Of a stretch of 64,000 nucleotides of DNA, positions 12,771-26,049 are shown one piece after another. The position numbers and the translations under genes were made by a program. Source of the stretch: the human T2T-CHM13v2.0 reference genome, Homo sapiens; assembly GCF_009914755.1 (NCBI RefSeq), contig NC_060929.1. One strand, 5' to 3'. The notes below the pieces were generated by a model. It saw only the letters and a list, made by a program, of their open reading frames with translations. It was not told the origin of the DNA and ran no database searches. Numbering within the stretch: position 1 is the stretch's first letter; every line of letters starts with the position of its first letter.

Positions 12771-14304
12771 CAACTGCTGCAGAAAAGTAACATGCCCAAG
12801 TTTACACAGCTGGAAAATGATAAGGAAAGGAATGAAACCCAGATCCACCTGACTTCACAAGCAATGTTCTTAACCACTGCACATAACCACCTCCCATTCT
12901 TGTGCTCATGCTCTCTCTCTTCTCCCCATCCTTTCCCCTCTGCAGTATCATTTGCCAAATTCCCAGCCTGCATACCTAAGTGGCTTTGGCTGGTGATTGC
13001 AGGATCGTCTCCTTGCCAGGTCAATGTCAGCAATCAATCCCCATCTCCTGGGCGTGAAAACCAGCCGATTAGAGCTGTAAGTAGGTGTTTAACAACACGG
13101 AGGCAGCCAGAGCATCAGTCAGCAATTTTTTCCCCTGGCGGCTGGGCGTTAGCAAATATGCTGAGAGAGGCACCCCTGTTCCATTGCTGCTGGGAGGAGG
13201 GAGTCTCACCATAAAAGATGATTTGAAAAAAAAAGAATGACAGGATGTGAGAGATAAAAGGACCCCTAGGCATGGCCTAGTCCAGCTCCATCCTTGTATT
13301 GATGAAGAAACTAGGGTCCAGAGTAGGGAGGAGATTGTTTGGGGGTCACACAGAAAATAATAGTTGGATTCAGAACTCAAGATCAGAGCCTGGACTAATC
13401 CAATGCTATTTCCAAGACTTTTCAAAGCCCAACCCTCTATTCTATTGCTTTGTAATTTCCACACATGAAATCAGTTTCTTAGTGAAATGACATCTGAAAA
13501 AACAAAGGCATTTTGGACTCTATTGTCTAATCTCGGGTGCCTCCTGGCAATTTTCGGAGAGAAGTTGCCACTAACATGGGTTAACTGCTCCAGAGAAAGT
13601 CCTGTCAGGTCCTTAGCTGCAGACAGGGCAGCTACCTGTAGCAAATTCCCATTCCTATCCAACTTCCTTCTTCCTCTGCAGCCACATTAGTCTTTCTGGT
13701 TTGATCAGTCAGAACAAGTCCTGGTGAACTGGAAAAATCTAAAGGTATGTGAACCTTGGAGCCCCACAGTCTAAAAGAGAATGTTCTCAACTTGAGAAGA
13801 AAAAGTTAATAAGCAGGTCAGAGTGCAAGGATTCCTCCTGACATCTTAAGATGACTTGAGATCCCCATATTTCTAATAAATCATATGTATATGGGTTTGG
13901 GGAAAACATAAGAATTTAAACGGCATTTACTAAATGCTAACAAGAGTGATAATAGCAGCAGTTGCTATTTTGACCCTTACTCTGTGACAAGCACTGTGCC
14001 CAGCCCTTCACGTGCATTTTTTTCTTTAGTCTTCACAATACATGACACTTCTTATGTCTATTTGTTTATTTTTTGCCTTCCAAGATTAGAAAGTCTGCTT
14101 CACAGTCATGGGAACCTTTTTTTTTTTCTTAATACAATATCCCCAACTGCCAGAACAGTATCTGCCACATAGTAGATGCTCAGTTAATATAAACTGAATT
14201 CATGAAGGGACAGTAGGCTGATGACGTACGTATGGTTGTTCTTCATTTTATAGGTATGACAACTGAGGGTTAGAGACACTAATTTGTCCAAGGTAACTCC
14301 ATCG

Positions 14305-15285
14305 GTTTTTTTTTTTGGCTGCAATTAATAGAAAACAAACTAATGTTGGTTTAAACAAATACGTGTTTTTTTTTTTTTTCTGCAACAAGTATTCTGGTGG
14401 TACTGTTGATGAGGATTCCACTTCAATGATGCCATTAAGGACCCAAGTTTTATCATTCTGCTGTGATTCCTTCTGCCATCCTCAGTCTGTTGGCTTTTGA
14501 GTTTGTGCTTGTATACTCATGCTTACAAGATGGTTATGACCTGAAGTGTTTGCTTCAGGCAGCAAGTCTGTGTTCAGGGAAGAAGCAAGAGGACGGAGAT
14601 AGCACTAATTACATGTATCTCTTTTATTACAAAAAGTGAAAGTCTTTCCAGAAACCTCAGGCTGATTTCCACTTAGATCTCATTGGCCAGACTTGTGTGA
14701 CATGATTACCCCTAGCTGCAAGGGAGGCTGGGAAAAATGAGTACAACAGATCCTTGAACAGCATGGGGGTTAGGAGCCAACCCTTTGCACAGTAAAACTT
14801 CCACATATAGTTTTTTACTCCCCCAAAACTTAGCTACTAATAGCCTACTGTTGGCTGAAAGCCTTATGGATGACTAACACATACTTTGTGTGTTACATAT
14901 ATTATATACTGTATTTTTACAATAAAGGTAGAAAATAAAATGTTCTTAAGAAAATCAGAGAAAATATATTTTCTATTCATTAGGTGAAAGTAAGTAATCA
15001 TAAAAGTCTTTATCCTCATCATCTTCATGTTGAGTAGGCTGAGGAGGAGGAGAAAGAGAGAGGAGTTGATCTCTCTTGGGGTGGCAAAGGTGGAAGAGGT
15101 GGAGGAGGTTGGGCACACTGGTGTAACTTTTATTGAAAAAAATCTATGTCTAAGTGGCTCTGCGCAGGGTAAACCTGTATTAAGGCTCAATTGTATTTGG
15201 CTTTCTCTGGCTTCATAGAGGAGGCAGGAAAGGGATGTAGGGATTAACAATAGGTTTAAGTTAGCCAACAAATATGTCTGCTACA
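14305..15285 (-). mobile_element. Old MLT1-type solo LTR, interrupted by Tigger2a and itself inserted in a MIR
   Basis: 'ttggctgcaattaatagaaaac...tctcattggccagacttgtgtgacatgattacccctagctgcaagggaggctgggaaaaatgagta' continues at 15196 'tttggctttc...tgtctgctaca'; MIR halves on both sides. Confidence 0.7.
14744..15193. mobile_element. Tigger2a-type (TcMar-Tigger) non-autonomous DNA transposon
   Basis: Degenerate TIRs (caacagatccttgaacagcatggg ... cctgtattaaggctcaattg) with TA on both sides; internal 'catcttcatgttgagtaggctgaggaggagg'. Confidence 0.85.
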
Positions 15286-16379
15286 GTCATGCAGGTAGTA
15301 GTGATAGAGCCAGGATTGGGACACAGGCTTGTTTGCTTCTAACATCTGTGCTCTTACCAACCAAAAATTAGCTGGCCTGACTTTTACTCCTAATCTCAAT
15401 AGAAAATGATCAACATGGGAATGCTTGTTCTGTTCTGAGTCCTAGTTTCTTTATTTGCAAAATGAACAACTGGGTTAAATGAGGTCTGTACTCCCTGCCA
15501 GCTGTAAGATTGTGTAATTTTGTGTCTCAGTCTGGCAAATGTCCACTTCTAAAAGTCTTATTTTTAACCAAATCAAAATCACCATTGCAGTAGAGTAATA
15601 TATTTCCCAAGGTCCAAATGCATAACATGGAATTGATTTTTTTGGAGTTTGTTTTCATAGATGGTGGTGTGTATGTTTATGTGTGTCCCTTTGAGATATC
15701 TGATTTAGTTTGAGGTGGTGAATGGAGATTGATTTTTGTCTGTGGTGATCTGTAAAGCCCAATTGTTGTTGAGGTTCCTGCTTAAATACTTCTTCCGCCA
15801 TCCTCTCCTGTTTTTTGCTCCCTTAACAGACCAGCCTGGTGGAGACCTTACGTTTCAGGGTTTGATTTGATTTTCTATTGCGTCTTGCTAGCAGTAATTC
15901 TCCTCACAGGGCTGAGAATTACTGCTAATAAGAAGCAATAGAAAATTGCTTTTTGGGGGACATGAGTGCTGGTCCCATGTCTTTTACTAATCAGCTGTGG
16001 AAAACCGAAGAAGTCCTTCTACTTCTCTAGGTATCTGTTTTCTCATTCATAAAATGACCAGGTTAGATGAGATAGTCTATATGTTAGGATCCTCCTCCCA
16101 GCTCTGATGTTTACATATCTGCAATTGTAAGTGGACAAAGCAGATTCTAATTAATGAGCAGAAGAACACATTAGCCTTGTTTTCTTCATCTACTAAATGG
16201 TTATAAAGATTGAAAGACGAAATAGAAAATAGTAAATACGTGACAAAACTACTATTTTAAATACATATTCTTAAAATTCCAGGCTGGACATTTATTTATT
16301 TGTTTTGAAAATATACCATTGCATTAAGAAAATTCAGAGCAATGTGTTGGGAGTCTTAGCAAAACATGATACCTATTCC

Positions 16380-16620
16380 ACATGTTGTGGAAATAGCATT
16401 GGGTGTTGAAGCAGACCAGTTTGGGTTACATCTTAACTTGGTCGTGTTATGGCTTTGTGACCTGGGTCATGCTGTTTATTCTCCAGGGTTCTTTTCTGCA
16501 AAATCAGGGTTAAATATATTGACATCAAAAGATTATTGTGACGGTAAAATAAGCAATTTATGAAAAGCATTCAGCACAATGGCTGGCACATGGTAAAGAC
16601 TCAGTAGAAGCTGTTTTTTA
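16380..16620 (+). mobile_element. MIR SINE
   Basis: 'ggctttgtgacctgggtcatg...tctgcaaaatcaggg...gcacaatggctggcacatggtaaagactcagta'. Confidence 0.7.
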
Positions 16621-17204
16621 TCCTCCTTCCTTATTGATGCATCTAGAACCAAACAAAAGATTTGGCTATTTTCAGTTTTCCAGGTGAAAATTTTCTTCTC
16701 TGGTGGTAGAGCTGCTTTTGACTGGACTGGACATAAAGCCTCATGCATCTTAACTATATTGACCATCTGTAGTTTTGTTTTTTGAGATGGGGTAGAATGA
16801 GTGAATCTTTAGCAGCCATGACCCCTACCTTCTATTCTTTCACTTAAGAGATCTGAGACATTAAGAACATAATTTAGTTCCTCTCTTCTTTAGTTTGCAC
16901 ATCGGCAAAATGTTGATGGTCATTTCAGGGGGCTTTTATTAGCCCTCTAATAATTTGAACATACTTGGCACTCTCTAGAACGTTGTAAAAATATCAGTTA
17001 TCGGTTCTGTTATTAGTTCACCCAGCTATCTTTAAACTGGTCCCCTCTTTTTCAAATTCTCTCTGAACTTCAAGGTCAAAGTCATTCCACCTGCTAAGGG
17101 AAACCTCCCACCTCAACTCGTTAAGATCTCCCCCGACTCTGTTCATAGCCCTTGCTGCTTGGCTCACACTCCGTTGGTGATTGGAATAGCAGCCATATAG
17201 GGTT

Positions 17205-19605
17205 TTTTGTTGTGTGTATGCATGTTCAGTTATATGCAGTTTCATTATGTGCAGATTTGTGTCTTTGCTACCACATTCAAGACCCTGAATGAGGATCTCG
17301 TGTTGCCCTTTTATAGTCACACCCACTTCCTTTCACCTCTTCTCTGTCCCAACCCCTGTCAACCACTCATCTGTTATCCATTTCTAAATAGTTATCATTA
17401 AAAAATGTTATATGAATGGAATCTTATAATATGTTACCTTTTGGAACTGTTTTTTTTCTCACTGAACATAAATCCCTGGAGACTCATTCAAGTTCTCTGC
17501 ATCAACAGATTGTTTCATTTTTATTACTGAATATGTACAGTCATCCACCACATAACATTTTGTTGAACAATGGACCACATATGCAATGGTGGTCCCATAA
17601 GATTATATTTGTGCATTTTTACTGTGCTTTTTCTTTAGTTATGTGTAATTACACAAATATTTACCACTGTTTTGCAATTGCCTACAGTATTCAGTACAGT
17701 AACATGCTGTACAGATTAGTAGCCTAGGAATAATAGGCTAAACCATAGAGACTAATTTGTAGTAGGCTATCCCATCTAGGTTTGTGTAGATACACTCTGA
17801 TGTTTGGACAAAAACAACATCACCCAACAATGCATATCTCAGAATGGATACCCATCGTTAAGCGATGCATAACTGTATATATATGACTGTACCACAGTTT
17901 GTCTCACCATTTATCTGTTGAAGGACATCTGGACTGTTTCCAGTTTTTTATTATTATGAATAAAGCTGCTATGAGTATTTGTACACAGAATATTTGTGAG
18001 CATAAGTATTTAATTTTCTGTGATAAATGCCCAAGTGTGTGACTGCTGGTTTGTATGATAATTGCATTTAGTTTTAACAAAACACTGCCAAGCTCTTTTT
18101 TCACAATGGCTATACCATGTTATATTCCCACCAGCAATGTGTGAGTGATCTAGTCTCTCTGCATTTGTGCTGGCAGTTAGTGGCATTACTATTTTTTATT
18201 TAAGCCATTCTGATTGGTGTATAATGATATTCCATTATGTTTCTAATTTGCATTTCTCTGATGGCTAATGAACAACTTTTTATGTGCCTTTTTCATCTGT
18301 ATATCCTCTTATTTGAAATGTCTGTTCATGTATTTTATCCATTTTCTAATTGGATTTTTTTTTACTACTGAATTTTGAGAGGTTCTGATATATTTTAGAT
18401 ACTAGTCCTTTATTGGATTTGTGGCTTGCAAATATTTTCTCCCAGACTGTAGGTTGTCTTTTCATCTTTTTCCCATGGGCTTTCATAGAGTGAGAGTTTT
18501 TAATTTTGATGAGATCCAATTTATCAATTTTTCCTTTAATGAATCATGCTTTTGAAGTCAAGTCTAATAGTTTTTTTCCTAGTTCTGGATCCAGAATATT
18601 TTCCTCCATGTATTTTCCCAAAAGTTTCATAGTTTTATATTTTATGTTGAGGTCCATGACCTATTTCAAGTTAATTTTTGTATATAATGTGTGATTTAGG
18701 TTTATTTATTTATTTATGCCTATTGATCTTCAATTATTCTAGCACCACTTGTTGAAGAAGATATGCTTCCTCCATTGAATTACTTTTGCACCTTTATAAA
18801 AAGTCAATTGTGTATATTTGTATGGTTCTATTTCTGGGTTTTCTCTTCTGTTTCACTGAGCTATGTGTCTATCCATCCACTAGTACCACACTGTCTTGAC
18901 TACTATAATATATAATAAGTCTTAAAATCAGGTAGACTTACTCCTTTCACTTTATTCTTCTTTGTCAAGATTGCTTTAGCTATTCTAGGGACTGTGCCTT
19001 TCCACATGAATTTCAGAATAAGCTTGTCTATGTCTATAAAATCCTTTCTGAAGTTTAAGTAGTAATTGCATTAAGTCTATAGATCAATTTGGGGGAAGCA
19101 ACATCTTTACCATGTTGAATATTTATTATGAGCAGCATATGCTCTGTATTTGATTAATAAGCATTGTGCAATTTTTAGCATACAAATGCTCTGTACAAGT
19201 TTTGTTGAGTTCATATCTGTTTTTTTTTTTTGGAGCAGTTGTAAATGGTACTATTTTGAATTTCATTTTCCACAAGTTCATTGTAGTATATAGAAATGAG
19301 ATTAACTTTTGTTTTTTGGTCTTGTTTCCTGCAAACTTCCTGAACCCACTTAATGCTGAACAGTTCTAGGAATTATTTTTAATAGATACCCTGGGAGTTT
19401 TTATATAGATAATCATGTCATTTATAAATAGAGAAAATTTTATTTCTTTTCTATTTAATATGCCTTTTGTTTCTTTTTCTTGCCTTATTGCAATAGCTAG
19501 AAGTTCTAGCACTATACTGAGTGAGAGTGGATTTCCATGCCTTATTCCTGAGCTTTGTGGGGGAAGAATTCCATTTGTTACCTTTAAGTATGATGTTAGC
19601 AGAAA
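17205..19605 (-). mobile_element. L1MC-type LINE-1 3' fragment (about 2 kb), interrupted by Tigger3a
   Basis: 'ggatctcgtgttgcccttttatagtcacacccacttcc' 3' UTR motif followed by degenerate antisense ORF2 ('ctagcaccacttgttgaagaagat...tccattgaattacttttgcacc'). Confidence 0.85.
17538..17875. mobile_element. Tigger3a/MER7-type MITE
   Basis: TIRs cagtcatccaccacataac ... gttaagcgatgcataactg, TA on both sides; 'ggtggtcccataagattata'. Confidence 0.9.
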
Positions 19606-19809
19606 GTGGTCTCCATTTTTTAAAGACTACTGAATAACCTTACAATTCCATTGTAAGGTTGTACTATAATTGACTTTTCCAGTTCTTTATCAATGGGTTT
19701 TTGTTGCTTTCAATCTTTGACACAATAACACTTTTATGAATGTGCTCATACACCTGTCACTTTTCATATGTTTATGAATATATGGATAAGATAAATCCCT
19801 AGAATATGG

Positions 19810-20890
19810 CCCTCTTTTCTGTTCTGTCTAGACCCACTTCCTAGGTGATCTTTCTCTGTTTCGTGGTTTTAAATACCATACAATGACAACTCCAAAATAT
19901 GTGTTCTCACTGTGATTTCTGCCCTGAATCCTCATCTGTGTATTCATTTTCTCACTTAATATCTCCATTTGGACATCTAACATGCTTTCAAGCTCAACAT
20001 ATCTAAAACTGAACTCCTAACTTGCCTGCATCCACCCCTCAAAACCTGTTTCTTTGAACCTGTCCCTATTTTAGTAAATAGCATTCTTCCCTTCCAGTGG
20101 CTCAGACCAAAAACCTTGTAGTCATCCCTGCTGCCTCTGTTTCTCCTACACATACCCAAACTTTCAGCAAATCTTGCCCTATGATCACTTATCCCCACTC
20201 CATGGCTACCACTCTGGTCCAACCACCCTCGTATCTTCCTTGGATTATTGCAGTTGTCTCCTTGTCTCCTCCTGTATTGCTTCCTTACAATCTGTTCCAT
20301 ACAAGAGCTCACACTGGTTCTCTAAGAACTAATTTCTAGGCTTAGACCTTCCCAATGGCATCCCATTTTCCACAGAGTAAAAATCAAAGTTCATACTCTG
20401 GCCTGGAGGGTTCTATATAATCTGACCTGTGATTCCTGTCTGCTCTGGATCCTGCAGCTCTTTGAGCTCCTGCTTTGCTTACTTTGCTCTGGTTATGTTG
20501 ACCTCATTTATCTTCCTTAAAATGCAAGTACTCTATGATCTCAAAATACATACCATCCCCATGACTGGCATATTCTTTTCCCCAGGTGTACACATAGCTC
20601 ATGTCCTCATTTCCTTCAGGCATTTGCTCAGTTTTTACTTGATCAGAGGGGCCTTCCCTGAATACCCTCATCCCACTTTGGAATTCTCCCTTCCCTTTAA
20701 CCTGATTTGTTTTTCTGCATGTGACTTAGCATCACCTGAAATATTATGTATTCTCTTCTTTATCTGTTTATTGCAGGCCTTTTCCCCAATAGAATGTAAG
20801 CACTATGGGTGAGGCTTTGTTGGTTTTTTTAGGGGACTATTTTCAGCACCTCCAATAGTGCTCAATAAATATTTGTTGGATGAGTTAGTA
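19810..20890 (+). mobile_element. L2 LINE 3' fragment
   Basis: 'tcaagctcaacatatctaaaactgaactcc' and terminal 'tgctcaataaatatttgttggatgagt'. Confidence 0.85.
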
Positions 20891-22609
20891 AGTAAACTTC
20901 TGAGTCAAGTGGTATGTGCATTTAATGTGTGATAGATATTGCAAATTACTCTACACAAAGGTTGTACTAATACTATGCAAGTATTACCCTCCCACTGATA
21001 ACATATGAGCACCCCTTTTTTTTGTACATATGCTGTTAATAGCTCATCTTGAGACTTTTAGTTTTGTACTATAACATTCAGAGACATGATGGATTCAACC
21101 TCCACACATTTACCAGACCCCCAGGACAAATCTCAGAAACATTCCATATGCTTCTGGTTGTTTTAACAATAAGAGAACTTAAATAACTGAGCTCTCAGGG
21201 TTTGCGTGTTCATATAATTTCACAGATAAGAAGAATCTGGCAGAGCGCTCATAGCTTCTGTGTTTTGTTTACATGGAAATGTGAACAGAGGTAACCTTAT
21301 CTTTCTATTAGATTTTCTCTCAAATCCCAACTCAGAGAGCACAGGAGAACCCACTTCCTGGTGCCTTTTTTTTTTTTTTTTTTTTTTTAAAACAGTAACA
21401 GTTCTTTTTACCCAGCAAAGTGCCTCCTCCAAGGTCCGCGAACCATTGAGGGTTTTTGGGGGGTTTCAGGGCTGGGAGTAGAGAGAGCATGAGTGAAGAT
21501 TGGACCACTCCCAGGACTAGACCAGAGAATAGGAGATTGCTGCTTACTGACTATTATATTCCTACTACTCGACCTCTAGTAGGTGGTAGGTATATAGTAC
21601 TTGAGTATTAATTTAATATCTGACTGTTATTGATAAGAACAGTCCTGAATATTAGTATATTGCTTTACAATTCTTAAAGTGGCTTTCCGTGATTCCCAAA
21701 CAGCACCCATCTCTTGAGCAGAGACCCAAGAGGGCAGGACAGGAAGAATGGAAGTGAGATTTGGCCCCGGTCATGTTTTCCAAAGTGAGTAACTTGGAAT
21801 ATCAATACGTTAAACAGGTTTCTTAGCAGCAGAAGATTTCTTAAAGCCTCTTCACAGATTCTAGGTTGCAAATGTGCTTTGTGAATAGCTAAGAGGAAAT
21901 AAAGTGTGTGGTGTTTACCAACATATTTGAACCAGTCTTTTATTTTCTAAAGTGTATCATGGGCCTGGTATTCCAGGGAATAGGCTTTCAGGAAGACTGG
22001 GCATTTCTGTCCAGGGTAAGCACTTGAAGATAGTTGATCTCTTATTCCAGTCCTGACTCTTTTCTATGGTTTCATTTCAGAGTTTTCATCTTAAGAGAGA
22101 AAATTGACACTCTCCTTTAATTTTCGGGATAAAGCATATAGGACCATCCCTAGAAGGCCCCTGATTTATTTAGGCCATTTGGAGCAGTGAAACATCTCCA
22201 CAAGGTCTGAGTTACTCAGTTCTATGGGTTGTTTGATCTTCTAATTAGCTGTCCTTCTTAATTCATTTTTCACTGGTTGGCACATCTGGCTAAGATGCAT
22301 GTTTGGTAGAACCTATTCAGGTGAGATCAGCAGAAACAGGAAGGAGCTGAAAGTGGTTAATGAAACCCTGGGATCTTCACTTTACACTCATTTTCTTCTC
22401 ATCTGATTTTCCTGTTCCAGGTGCTGACATCAGGAAAATAATAGAAGTTAACGCAGATATGGGGCTGCCACTGAGGAGAGAGAAGACTGAAAGAAGCATA
22501 TAGATAAAAGGTAGATAGGTTCTGAGGACGAGGGCTAATTTTCAGCTGGCAGAATCAGGGGCTGCTTCAAGGAGGAGGCGGCCACTGATATAAACTATCA
22601 GTTTGGGAA

Positions 22610-23100
22610 GAGTTAAAATTGATAGTTGTTATTTAGGCAATTTGACCATTAAAATTTAAATGTACATATTCTACTGCATGATTCCATAGCAACTAGACTT
22701 CTAGGAATTATTATGTGAAAGTACTCACACAAGAATAAAAATGTGTATTTATCAATAGTGAATTATGATATATCCAAATAATAGAATATGGTGTCAACTT
22801 AAAAATAATGTCTTTTTGTGTACCAATGTGAAAATATGTTCATTATTTATTCAAGTAAAAAATCAGGCACCATATATTTTGTGTAGATATCATTTTTGTA
22901 AGGAAAGTTAAACACTTAATAGCTTGTAATATAAAAATGACAGAATATAGAGTTAAAACATAGATTAAGTTGCTAATAGATGTTATCTCAGAAGGGTGGG
23001 AAACTGAGAAAAATTTTATGCTCATATTTTTCTATAATATTCATTTTAAAAATTAGAGTCATATATTACCTTTATGGTTAGAAAGTAATGGTAAAATTTT
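22610..23100 (+). mobile_element. Ancient L1ME-type 3' fragment
   Basis: 'attaaaatttaaatgtacatatt...cttctaggaattattatgtgaaagtactcacac'; very degenerate. Confidence 0.5.
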
Positions 23101-23939
23101 TTTAAGTACTGTTTAGTTTGTGTGACAGATTGTCTTTTCTTAGTTCTTACGAGGCACATGGGAATTCCAGAACACAAAAGGAATATGTAATTTATTTCTC
23201 TTTTCTTTTTCGCTTTTCCTATTTCTTTTAGTCTTCACTTAACCTGCTTTTGCTCCTGTCCCTTCTTTGTGCTTTCCAATAGCAACCAACCTACCTTCCC
23301 TTGTCTGATGCCTGAGTTTGTTTCCCTATAATTCCCTCTTTATCTTTCTTATATAAATGCATTTATATAGACCATCCTAAGGTTTAAAAAGATTTCTCCA
23401 TTGCAGTGGCCAATAGGCTGCTTGATGGGTGAACAGAAGGGAAAGGGATTTTGGTATACTCTGCTCTACAACTGCATCTCTTTTATGGCATGGTTGTCTA
23501 TTTTCTTCCCGTCTGTAAAATGATAGAATTGAATTAAATAATCTCTAAGGATCTTTCCCAAGCTAATATTCTATGATGACTTTAAGAGGGTGTATTTATT
23601 TATGACTTTAAGGTTTTCTGGCTTTCTAACACTCTCATTGGCCAGAGGAGAAAAAACTTTGTAATACATTTCTTAAAAACATGCTGACAGTGAGGTAGCA
23701 CGGAGAGTCAGGAAATTCAAAGTCTTGACTTCGCTTCGACCTCATTTTGTGGCCTTGGATCACTCACTCTACTTCCTTGGGTCTCAGTTCCTCAGCTTAA
23801 TAGCGAGGGTGTCTATCTGTCTCCTTAATATAAGGAGGACTTTGGGCATGGGTGTGGGTATTGACCTGGCTTTCATCCTAAGGATGTGATAAGCATCAAA
23901 TGGGCAAGCAGAGGTGAAAGCACTTTTGTCAGCCTAGAG

Positions 23940-24159
23940 CAGGGTTTCTTAATCTTGGCAATATTGTTATTTGGAGCCAGATAATTCTTTGTTGGAGGTT
24001 TTTCTTTGTATTGTAGGATGTTTAGCAGCATCCATAGCCTCTACTTATTGAATGCCAGCAAACTTACCCTATTCCCCCTGACTGTGACAACTAAAATTGT
24101 CTCTAGATATTGCCAAGTGTGCCCTGGAGTATACAATCAACTGTGGTTGAGAACTGCAG
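23940..24159. mobile_element. MER20 (hAT-Charlie) DNA transposon inside a MIR
   Basis: cagggtttcttaatcttggc ... ggttgagaactgcag; internal 'gtaggatgtttagcagcatcc'; degenerate 8-bp TSD gcctagag/ctgtagag. Confidence 0.85.
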
Positions 24160-24613
24160 CTGTAGAGTGATATATAGAGACTTCAAGCATTGTTAATTAT
24201 ATAACTACTTTGAGAGGGAACAAATAAAAAGAAAAAAATCACAAAAGTGTAATTCCAGAAGGTGCCAGAGATGATGACTCCTGTGAGAAACAGAAGATAA
24301 TAGTGAGTGGAGATAGTGCCAAATACAGCATCATTTCTGGGCAGTCATATTTCCTATGGGAACAATCTGTATCCTAAAGAAAGATGGAGAGATCAATCTT
24401 CTTGAGGGACCCTTCCCCCATGACCCAGGAGAGTAGGGTTTTATAGTTCTTGCCAACTCCTAGTTACAGATGCTAATGGGAGGGAGATCTCAAAGAAATA
24501 TGAAGGATACAGCTTATTCAACAAGGTCAGAGATATATAGAATTTCACGGATGATAGGAAGCAGTCAGTCAACTCTCTCATTCAAGTGCTACACTGATCT
24601 GTCTAGTATTCTT

Positions 24614-24922
24614 TTTTTTCTTTATTTTTTATTTTTATTTTTTGAGATGGAGTCTCGCTCTGTCACCCAGGCTGGATTGCAATGTGTAATCTTGGCTCAC
24701 TGCAACTTCTGCCTCCCAGGTTCAAGCGATTCTCCTGCCTCAGCCTCCTGAGTAGCTTGGATTACAGGTGCATACCACCACGCCCGGCAAATTGTTGTAT
24801 TTTTGGAAGAGACAGGGTTTCACCATATTGGTCAGGCTGGTCTCGAGCTCCTGGCTTCATGATCTGCCTGCCTCAGCCTCCCAAAGTGCTGGGATTACAG
24901 GCATGAGTCACCGTGCCCTGCC
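24614..24922 (-). mobile_element. AluS (AluSg-like)
   Basis: Full dimer; TSD tgtctagtattctt (24600-24613) / tgtctagtgttctt (24923-24936). Confidence 0.97.
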
Positions 24923-25714
24923 TGTCTAGTGTTCTTAATTCTATTAGCTACTTGACCTTGAGCAAATTACTGATTTTCTCTGAGCATTTGTTTTTTCCTT
25001 TCCTTTTTGATCCCAGAAGATTATCTATCTCATTAATAACATAAAAATAGTTATGAACAAGACTAATCATCTTATCACCCAGAGTTCCATGTGCTTTATG
25101 TGTAGTACCTCATTTAGGCTTATAGCAGTCTCATACATCTTGATACAATCTTGTTTTATAGATGAAGAAACTAAGAATGAAAGAGGTCTTAAACCCAGCT
25201 CTCCCTGTCTCCAGAGCCCATGTTCTGGTCCACCACTCTAAATATCACTGCTTCACAGCAAAACCCTTAACATGCAACACAACATTCTTCATTACTGTTG
25301 GTTGCTTATCTCTCTTTCTCATCTTCTAGACTGAACAACTAGAACCCAAGGTTATGTCATATGCACTGTACGATTCTGAAGCCACCGTGCCTTAGGAATA
25401 AAAAAAAACTAATGGTGGAATTTTACACACTAGGACTCAGCAGGGCAGCAGGAGGGCAGGGAAAGAGCCTGGAATGAGACAGAAACATTGATCTTTTTAA
25501 GCAGCAAGTAACTAAAAGCTATTCATCGATTTATAAACTAGGATTAAGTGGAAACTGAGAAGTCATCTTTTTCCAGTGCTTTGAATTTTAATATAAGGAA
25601 AGGGAAGCATAGACAGGTTAGGTACTTGTTTATGCTCATACTGTGTTAGTTGCAGACCAGGGTTGAGACTGGACTCTGGCTTCCAGTTCAGTTTCCTGCC
25701 ATTGTATCGGTGGG

Positions 25715-25980
25715 ATGCCATGTAGTGTAATGGATTAGAGTATATCATCCGAAGTCCTGTGACCTGGGCTGTGAACTGAGATCAGAGAAAAGATACTTAA
25801 CTTCTGTGACTTTCCTTTTCCTTACCTGTAAAAGGGAATAACAATAGTTCCTATCTCAAAAGGTTGTTGTGAAAATTAAATGAGATGCAGTGCAAAAAGT
25901 CTTAGCACAGATAAGGCACCTTACTACATGCCTATCATATAGTAAGGTCTCAACAAATGTTAGCTATTATTATTATTATT
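25715..25980 (+). mobile_element. MIR SINE
   Basis: 'ttaccTGTAAAAGGGaataacaatagttcctatctcaaaaggttgttgtgaaaattaaatgag...ctcaacaaatgttagctattattattatt'. Confidence 0.8.
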
Positions 25981-26049
25981 TAAAAAATATTTTTAGATTT
26001 CTGGCTAGATGTTTTTGTGTTTTTTTCTTAGAATGCAACATATGTTCTT

